DNA from: an uncultured Prevotellaceae bacterium | GTDB lineage: Bacteria; Bacteroidota; Bacteroidia; Bacteroidales; Bacteroidaceae | Reading direction: 5' to 3' | Assembly: GCA_902776665.1 (NCBI GenBank) | Contig: CACYQZ010000002.1 | Coordinates: forward strand, 10,329 to 74,328 | DNA length: 64,000 nucleotides | Shown here: positions 57,825 to 64,000 of the stretch, piece by piece | Numbering within the stretch: position 1 is the first letter of the stretch | How the letters are laid out: each line of letters starts with the position of its first letter | Notes under the pieces: generated by a model | The model's database searches: none | Told to the model about the DNA's origin: nothing | The model's input: only the letters and a program-made list of their open reading frames with translations | Position numbers and translations under genes: made by a program

Positions 57825-58844
57825 ATGCGGCAGGATTCGATAGCGGTACATAGCAATTCGGGCAGTGGCGACAGCGTGAAAACCGCCGCGACTGCCCACC
57901 ACGAACTCACTCCGAAGGAAGTGCTCTCGTGGTTGCCTGCCGATGCCACGCCGGCCCAACAAGATTCCGCCATTCAGCGACACATCAAAATTTCGGAAAT
58001 CCATTGGAGCCAACAGCCCGACACGCTCCACATGCCTGGTCATCCGAAAGGAAAAAGCATTTACGACATCAGTCTGCCGCAGTATTACCGCGAATCATTT
58101 TTTTCGGAAAAACCCTATTTCCACCCCGAAGTCAGCGGTGGCAGGCAGGGCGTGGCAGGCGATCCCGTGCCCTACACGGTGGCGGGCGACAACCTTTTCA
58201 CGGCACTGCTTTTAGGCTGTTTCGTGCTGACCGTCATAGCCGTGGCGCGACTCAGGGAGTTTATTGTTCGCCAGACACGCAGTTTTTTCCGCGTACAACG
58301 AGGCAACACCACCGAATTTTCCGAGACATCGAACGAACTGTGGGTGCAGCTCTTCCTCATCGTGCAAACATGTCTGCTCGCCTCGTTGTGCTACTTCCTC
58401 TACACCTGCATGGATGCCCACGACGCCTTCCTCTTCGAGCAACCCGTCATCATCGGCATTTTCGCGGCCATTTTTCTCGTCTATTTCCTGTTGAAATTCG
58501 TCTTGTATGAAAGTGTCGGATGGGTGTTTTTCGATGTGAAAAAAAACGAACAATGGGGCAAGTCCTACCTGCTGCTCATTTCGTTTCTTGGACTGTTGCT
58601 TTTTCCGCTCGTGCTGTTGCTCACCTATTTCGATTTATCGACCGAAAGTGCCGTCATTTACGTCATCGCAGTGGTCGTTTTCGTTAAAATATTGGCATTT
58701 TACAGGACTTATATCATCTTTTTCGTCCAGAAAAGCTCGTATTTGAAATATATTTTGTACCTTTGTGCGCTCGAAATCGTACCCCTGTGTGCCCTTTGGG
58801 GCATTCTGACGGTGGCGAGTCAGTATTTGAAAGTAAATTTTTAG
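57825..58844 (+). CDS. DUF4271-like membrane protein
   Basis: Soluble N-terminus followed by ~6 TMs ending YILYLCALEIVP; usual upstream neighbour of hemD in Bacteroidota. Confidence 0.78.
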   Translation: MRQDSIAVHSNSGSGDSVKTAATAHHELTPKEVLSWLPADATPAQQDSAIQRHIKISEIHWSQQPDTLHMPGHPKGKSIYDISLPQYYRESFFSEKPYFHPEVSGGRQGVAGDPVPYTVAGDNLFTALLLGCFVLTVIAVARLREFIVRQTRSFFRVQRGNTTEFSETSNELWVQLFLIVQTCLLASLCYFLYTCMDAHDAFLFEQPVIIGIFAAIFLVYFLLKFVLYESVGWVFFDVKKNEQWGKSYLLLISFLGLLLFPLVLLLTYFDLSTESAVIYVIAVVVFVKILAFYRTYIIFFVQKSSYLKYILYLCALEIVPLCALWGILTVASQYLKVNF

Positions 58845-58850
58845 GACAAA

Positions 58851-59612
58851 ATGATAAAGAAAATCTTGGTTTCCCAGCCGAAGCCGTCGAGTGACAAGTC
58901 GCCCTACTACGACATCGCCAAAGAGTCGGACGTAGAGCTCGTTTTTCGCCCGTTCATCAAAGTGGAGGGTCTCACGGCCAAGGAATTTCGTCAGCAGAAA
59001 ATCAACATTCTCGACCATAGCGCCGTGGTGTTCACCTCGCGCCATGCCATCGACCATTTCTTCCGTCTCGCCAAGGAAATGCGCGTGAACATTCCCGAGA
59101 CGATGAAATATTTCTGCGTGACCGAAACCATTGCCCTCTACATTCAGAAATACGTGCAATACCGCAAGCGCAAGGTGTTTTTCGGCACGACCGGTAAAAT
59201 TCAAGACCTCGTTCCGACGATGGCCAAGCACAAGACCGAGCGTTATCTCGTGCCGCTGAGCGACGTCCACAACGACGACGTGAAGAACCAACTCGACGAG
59301 AAGAAATTGCAGCATACCGAGTGCTATATGTATCGCACCGTGTCGAACGACTTCAGCGAAGAGGAAGTGAAGAATTTCGACTACGACATGCTGATTTTCT
59401 TCAGTCCAACTGGTATCGAGGCACTGACGAAGAACTTCCCGAACTTCGATCAGGGCGACATTCGCATCGGAACTTTCGGTCCTTCGACGGCGAAGGCAGT
59501 TGAGGAAAAAGGCCTGCGGCTCGACCTTCAGGCTCCGTCGGTGGAATATCCCTCGATGACGGGTGCGCTGAAAGCCTATCTGAAGGCTCAAAACAAAAAA
59601 AGTAAGAAATAA
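58851..59612 (+). CDS. hemD: Uroporphyrinogen-III synthase family protein
   Basis: ILVSQPKP, FRPFIKVEG, VFTSR, MYRTVSND, FFSPTG. Confidence 0.85.
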   Translation: MIKKILVSQPKPSSDKSPYYDIAKESDVELVFRPFIKVEGLTAKEFRQQKINILDHSAVVFTSRHAIDHFFRLAKEMRVNIPETMKYFCVTETIALYIQKYVQYRKRKVFFGTTGKIQDLVPTMAKHKTERYLVPLSDVHNDDVKNQLDEKKLQHTECYMYRTVSNDFSEEEVKNFDYDMLIFFSPTGIEALTKNFPNFDQGDIRIGTFGPSTAKAVEEKGLRLDLQAPSVEYPSMTGALKAYLKAQNKKSKK

Positions 59613-60046
59613 TGTTCAGCAAAGAGGAGCGTCTCTGCAGCCGGTTGCTGATTGAGAAACTCTTCAATGGCGACCGTTCGAAATCGGTGATGTCGTTCCC
59701 GCTCAGGGCGATTTTCATGACCGAGGAACGGGACGACTCGTGCGTGCGTGCGAAGATTTTGGTGAGTGTGCCGAAAAAGAATTTCAAGCATGCCGTCGAT
59801 CGCAACCGCGTCAAACGGCAGGTGCGCGAGGCCTATAGAAAGAACAAAACGATTCTCGACAGCGTTTTACCCGAGAAAATGCTCGTCATCGCGTTCGTCT
59901 GGACCGATTCGAAGCATCGCGACAGCGACGAAGTGGAGCGTCGCATCAAAGGATTGCTCCATCGAATCGTGGAAAAATTGTCGGAAAATCCGTCGAATTT
60001 ATCGGAAAATCCGTCAAAATCAATCGAAAAACGATCAGAGGCATGA
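59612..60046 (+). CDS. rnpA: Ribonuclease P protein component
   Basis: FSKEERL; [23 protein letters not shown] (RNR motif). Confidence 0.95.
   Translation: MFSKEERLCSRLLIEKLFNGDRSKSVMSFPLRAIFMTEERDDSCVRAKILVSVPKKNFKHAVDRNRVKRQVREAYRKNKTILDSVLPEKMLVIAFVWTDSKHRDSDEVERRIKGLLHRIVEKLSENPSNLSENPSKSIEKRSEA
59981..60022 (+). repeat. 21-bp tandem duplication at the 3' end of rnpA
   Basis: tcggaaaatccgtcgaattta / tcggaaaatccgtcaaaatca; encodes [14 protein letters not shown]. Confidence 0.8.
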
Positions 60047-60285
60047 AAAAAATCGTCCGTTTCATTTCGCGAGCTCTCGTTTGGCTGTTGCTGCTGCCGA
60101 TTCGCTTCTATCAAACCGCCATTTCGCCCTACACGCCGCCCTCGTGCCGCTTCACTCCGACCTGTTCGGAATACGCGCGGCAAGCCCTCATCAAACACGG
60201 ACCAGTGAAAGGTCTCTACCTCGCCATTTGGCGACTTCTCCGATGCAATCCGTGGGGCGGTAGCGGCTACGACCCTGTGCCATAA
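60043..60285 (+). CDS. yidD: Membrane protein insertion efficiency factor YidD
   Basis: [31 protein letters not shown]. Confidence 0.97.
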   Translation: MKKIVRFISRALVWLLLLPIRFYQTAISPYTPPSCRFTPTCSEYARQALIKHGPVKGLYLAIWRLLRCNPWGGSGYDPVP

Positions 60286-60316
60286 CCTCGAAAAATCACT
60301 CAAAAAATATTATATT

Positions 60317-61621
60317 ATGAAAAAAAACATCTTCATCGCCTTACTGCTTTCATCTTTCCTCCTTTCTCCTTCCTCGATGAAAGCCCAGTCGCCACGCGAG
60401 GAATTCAAGCAAAACATCTTCAAATCGGGCAGTAACTACTACGCCTACCCGGGTCCCGAACAGCAACGGCTCACGCCAGCGCCAAAGGGCTATACACCTT
60501 ATTATATTAGCCACTACGGACGCCACGGCTCGCGCTATCTCATCGGAAAAAGCGACTACGACCGTGCTTGGTCGGTGTTGCTGAGGGCCGATTCGCTCGG
60601 AAAACTGACCGACTACGGCAAGGACGTGTTGCGGCGCGTCATTCTGCTGCGCAACGAGGCCGACCAACGGCGCGGTGAACTCACGCTACTCGGTGCGGAA
60701 CAGCATCGCGACATCGCCCGACGGATGTACGAGCGGTTTCCCGAGGTGTTCAAGGGCGCCACCGACATCGACGCGAAGAGTACGGTGGTGATTCGCTGCA
60801 TTCTCTCGATGGAAAACGCGCTGCAAGAACTGAAAAGCATCAACCCGAAACTGCGCATCCGCCACGATGCTTCGGAACACGATATGTGGTATATGAACCA
60901 CGACGACAAACGGCTGAAAGACCACATTTGGAACCCCGAACTGCGCAAAGTCTATAACGATTTCAAGGCTCGCCACGCCAACTACGACCGCGTGATGCAG
61001 ACGCTGTTCAACGACACGGCCTATGTTCGCCACGAAGTGAACGCCGAGAACCTGAACTACCATCTTTTCAAACTTGCGTCGAACATCCAAAGTTCCGAGT
61101 TGCGCCATTCCGTGACGCTCTACGACCTGTTTACGGCAGATGAAATCTACGACAACTGGATGATTGAAAATGCCGGTTGGTACATCGGTTACGGTCCTTG
61201 TCCGATGAACGGAGCCCTGCAACCTTTCTCACAGCGCAATTTGCTTGGAAAAATCATCGAGGAGGCCGACCAAAACATCGGAAAAAGCCACCCCGGAGCC
61301 ACGTTGCGCTATGGCCATGAGGTTTGCGTGATGCCGCTCGCTTGTCTGCTCGAACTGGACAATTGCGGCAAGCAGATTTACGATTTAGAGAAACTGCCCG
61401 AAGAAGGTTGGTTGAATTACAAGATTTTCCCGATGGGCTGCAACATTCAGTTGATTTTCTACAAGCCGAAAAAGCGCACGGGCGACATTCTCGTGAAAGT
61501 TCTGTTGAACGAAAACGAGGCCACCCTGCCGTTGAAAGCCGTTACAGGACCTTACTACAAATGGACGGACTTCCGCGACTACTTTTTGCGGAAACTCGCC
61601 AATTTCAAGTTGGCAGATTAG
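60317..61621 (+). CDS. Exported histidine acid phosphatase
   Basis: Signal peptide; RHGSR catalytic motif; LRYGHE proton-donor motif. Confidence 0.88.
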   Translation: MKKNIFIALLLSSFLLSPSSMKAQSPREEFKQNIFKSGSNYYAYPGPEQQRLTPAPKGYTPYYISHYGRHGSRYLIGKSDYDRAWSVLLRADSLGKLTDYGKDVLRRVILLRNEADQRRGELTLLGAEQHRDIARRMYERFPEVFKGATDIDAKSTVVIRCILSMENALQELKSINPKLRIRHDASEHDMWYMNHDDKRLKDHIWNPELRKVYNDFKARHANYDRVMQTLFNDTAYVRHEVNAENLNYHLFKLASNIQSSELRHSVTLYDLFTADEIYDNWMIENAGWYIGYGPCPMNGALQPFSQRNLLGKIIEEADQNIGKSHPGATLRYGHEVCVMPLACLLELDNCGKQIYDLEKLPEEGWLNYKIFPMGCNIQLIFYKPKKRTGDILVKVLLNENEATLPLKAVTGPYYKWTDFRDYFLRKLANFKLAD

Positions 61622-61670
61622 AATTCGGAAAAATTTCCTCGATTTTTTTGCATTTTCGACAAAAAATCAT

Positions 61671-61678
61671 TATTTTTG
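61671..61678 (+). promoter_or_regulatory. -7 element (TATTTTTG) for sod
   Basis: TAnnTTTG upstream of the ATG at 61720. Confidence 0.55.
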
Positions 61679-61719
61679 CGACGATAATGGGATGTTTATT
61701 CACCTTAAACAAGAGAAAA

Positions 61720-62310
61720 ATGGCAAAAAAATTTGAGTTGATGTCGCTGCCCTATGCGCTCGACGCGCTGGAGCCGGTGATAAGCAAGCAGACGCTGGAG
61801 TTCCACCACGGAAAGCATCTGGCGGCGTATGTTAACAACCTCAACGGCCTGCTGCCCGACAGCGGTTTCGAGGAGGCTGAGTTGGTGGAAATCGTCTGCA
61901 AGGCCGAGGGTGGAATCCTCAACAATGCCGGGCAGATTCTGAACCACGAGTTGTATTTTGGGCAATTCTGCGCTCCGAAAGCCGAGAATCAGCCCGTCGG
62001 AAAGGTCGCTGAGGCCATCGTGCGCGATTTTGGCTCGTTCGAGGCGTTCAAAGACGAATTCCAGAAAAAAGGTGCCACGCTGTTCGGCAGCGGATGGGTT
62101 TGGCTGTCGGCTGACAACGACGGCAAACTAGTCGTCACGCAAGAGCCGAATGCCGCCAATCCCGTGCAAAAAGGACTGACACCGCTGCTGACCTTCGACG
62201 TTTGGGAGCACGCCTACTACCTCGATTTCCAAAACCGTCGCCCCGACCATCTCGCCGCCCTTTGGCAGATTGTCAATTGGAACGTGGTCGAAAAGCGCTA
62301 TGGCAAATAA
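61720..62310 (+). CDS. sod: Fe/Mn superoxide dismutase
   Basis: LPYALDALEP, FHHGKH, NHELY, FGSGWVWL, DVWEHAYY. Start set at MAKKF. Confidence 0.97.
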   Translation: MAKKFELMSLPYALDALEPVISKQTLEFHHGKHLAAYVNNLNGLLPDSGFEEAELVEIVCKAEGGILNNAGQILNHELYFGQFCAPKAENQPVGKVAEAIVRDFGSFEAFKDEFQKKGATLFGSGWVWLSADNDGKLVVTQEPNAANPVQKGLTPLLTFDVWEHAYYLDFQNRRPDHLAALWQIVNWNVVEKRYGK

Positions 62311-62351
62311 GGACGATTTCGAAAAAAATGAAAAAATGAAGAATTGAAAAA

Positions 62352-62888
62352 ATGAAACAATTCACCCTCGACGAACTGCAAAAAGATTGTTCCGTCAAAC
62401 AGAAAAAAGGACTGCATTTCATCGTGTCGTCGGTCTTCATTTGGGCCGTGATACTCGTTGTTCATCTTTCATCGCTCGACATCATGCAGAAAAATCTTTT
62501 GACTTTCTGCGCCACAGCCCTGCTCTTTCCTTTGGCTTGGATGCTGTCAAAATGGTTGAAAATCGACTTCCAAAACAAGGAAAATCCTTTGACAAAAGCA
62601 GGAATTCTTTTTTCGGTCAATCAAATGCTCTACATTCTGATAGCAATGTGGGTTTTCAATGCCGTACCCGACAAAATGCTGATGGTTTTCGCCATGATTT
62701 TCGGTGCCCACCTCATGCCGTTCAGTTGGCTGTATTCCTCGAAAACCTACCTGATTCTGTCGATTTTCATCCCCATCATGTCACTCGTGCTCGGCCATGT
62801 TGCTCCGATTTACGTCTTAGCCCTTGTCATGATTGTCATTGAAATCGTCTTTTCGTTTTGCCTTGTTTACGAATGTAAAAAACTATAA
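62352..62888 (+). CDS. Hypothetical membrane protein (DUF7010-like)
   Basis: 178 aa, ~6 TMs; GAHLMPFSWLYSSK. Confidence 0.75.
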   Translation: MKQFTLDELQKDCSVKQKKGLHFIVSSVFIWAVILVVHLSSLDIMQKNLLTFCATALLFPLAWMLSKWLKIDFQNKENPLTKAGILFSVNQMLYILIAMWVFNAVPDKMLMVFAMIFGAHLMPFSWLYSSKTYLILSIFIPIMSLVLGHVAPIYVLALVMIVIEIVFSFCLVYECKKL

Positions 62889-63007
62889 AACCTTATTTTC
62901 GTAAAATCATTTTGTCTGCCCTCGTTTTTTCGTACCTTTCAAGAAGGTACTTTCGTTCGGAAATAAAAATAAAATAGGTTTTATTTTGTATTTCCCTCAC
63001 TTAATCG

Positions 63008-63015
63008 TACCTTTG
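63008..63015 (+). promoter_or_regulatory. -7 element (TACCTTTG) for tyrS, with TTTG -33 at 62985-62988
   Basis: Both consensus elements are present, with a 19-nt spacer. Confidence 0.7.
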
Positions 63016-63044
63016 CACCCGCAAATTAAAAAAGTAACGATTCG

Positions 63045-64000
63045 ATGAGAAAAAATTTCGTAGAAGAACTGCGCTGGCGTGGGATGCTGGCACAGATGAT
63101 GCCGGGAACGGAGGAACTCCTGCAAAGGGAGATGGTTACAGCATATTTGGGTACGGACCCGACGGCTGACTCGCTGCACATCGGACACTTGTGCGGCATT
63201 ATGATGTTGCGCCACTTGCAGCGCTGCGGCCACAAGCCGATTATCCTTGTGGGCGGTGCAACGGGAATGATTGGCGACCCGTCGGGAAAATCGCAGGAGC
63301 GCAACCTGCTCACCGACGAGGCTCTGCGCCACAATCAGGAGTGCATCAAGGCACAGGTGGCGAAATTCCTCGATTTCGAGTCGCAGGATGCCAACGCTGC
63401 CGAAATGGTGAACAACTACGACTGGATGAAGGACTTCACGTTCCTCGATTTTGCACGCGAGGTCGGAAAGCACATCACCGTGAACTATATGATGGCGAAG
63501 GACAGCGTACAGCAGCGTCTCAACGGAACGGCTCGCGACGGCCTCAGCTTCACCGAGTTCACCTACCAGCTTCTGCAGGGCTACGATTTCCTCTATCTCT
63601 ACCAGCACAAGGGCGTGAAACTGCAATTGGGCGGCAACGACCAATGGGGCAATATGACGACCGGTACGGAACTGATTCGTCGCACGCTCGGCAACGAGGT
63701 CGAAACCTTCGCCCTGACCTGTCCGCTCATCACGAAGTCGGACGGCAAAAAGTTCGGAAAAACCGAGTCGGGCAACATCTGGCTCGACCCGAAGCGCACC
63801 ACGCCCTATCGTTTCTACCAGTTCTGGCTCAACGTGTCGGACGACGACGCGGAACGCTATATCAAAATTTTCACATCGCTCGAAAAAGACGTCATCGACG
63901 CACTTGTTGAAGAGCACAAGCAAGACCCGGGCCGTCGCACGCTGCAACGCCGTCTGGCTGAGGAAGTAACAGTGATGGTGCACTCGCAGGAAGCCCTCGA
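63045..64000 (+). CDS. tyrS: Tyrosine--tRNA ligase (partial, runs off the window end)
   Basis: Manual translation [14 protein letters not shown]...[13 protein letters not shown]...[13 protein letters not shown]...LQGYDF...GGNDQWGN...KFGKTE. Confidence 0.97.
   Translation, partial: MRKNFVEELRWRGMLAQMMPGTEELLQREMVTAYLGTDPTADSLHIGHLCGIMMLRHLQRCGHKPIILVGGATGMIGDPSGKSQERNLLTDEALRHNQECIKAQVAKFLDFESQDANAAEMVNNYDWMKDFTFLDFAREVGKHITVNYMMAKDSVQQRLNGTARDGLSFTEFTYQLLQGYDFLYLYQHKGVKLQLGGNDQWGNMTTGTELIRRTLGNEVETFALTCPLITKSDGKKFGKTESGNIWLDPKRTTPYRFYQFWLNVSDDDAERYIKIFTSLEKDVIDALVEEHKQDPGRRTLQRRLAEEVTVMVHSQEAL

Noticed and set aside
58851-59612. Isolated hemD as a sign of a novel tetrapyrrole pathway
   Set aside because: The DUF4271-hemD-rnpA-yidD arrangement is, to my knowledge, ordinary conserved synteny in Bacteroidota. 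Nothing here adds to it.
1-64000. tRNA, rRNA, tmRNA, T-box leaders and known defence systems
   Set aside because: No cloverleaf or T-arm motifs, rRNA signatures, long synthetase leaders, or nuclease, RT or toxin genes were recognised by eye. A covariance-model scan would be needed to exclude small elements.

Overview
A 64-kb housekeeping-rich segment of a Bacteroidales chromosome, most likely Prevotellaceae-like (TAnnTTTG promoters, T9SS genes). It appears to span the replication origin: a DnaA-box cluster with an AT-rich tract at ~31.39-31.76 kb, two parS palindromes at 5.9 and 6.5 kb, and mnmG and rnpA-yidD nearby. About 55 CDS are supported, including mnmG, apt, uvrC, dtd, deoC, polA, mutS, miaB, rnc, fabF, acpP, porZ, rdgB, leuS, ychF, lgt, rpoN, ispG, metG, metK, hemD, rnpA, yidD, sod and partial tyrS. 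I found no tRNA, rRNA, CRISPR array, IS or prophage. Best leads: (1) a Cys/His-rich leader ORF ending in RAPP, whose stop codon lies in a hairpin upstream of a TonB-dependent receptor and a His-rich lipoprotein, i.e. a candidate metal-sensing ribosome-arrest system; (2) a pervasive family of 7-nt (and 8-nt) tandem repeats that has entered leuS, mnmG, mutS, lgt and other genes in frame and follows a stop-codon-dependent orientation rule; (3) a ~140-nt candidate sRNA with its own promoter and terminator; (4) a five-gene exported operon in which every product has a paired-Cys motif; (5) a STAS/PP2C/kinase partner-switching operon with no adjacent sigma factor. Family names come from motif recognition by eye, not from database searches.
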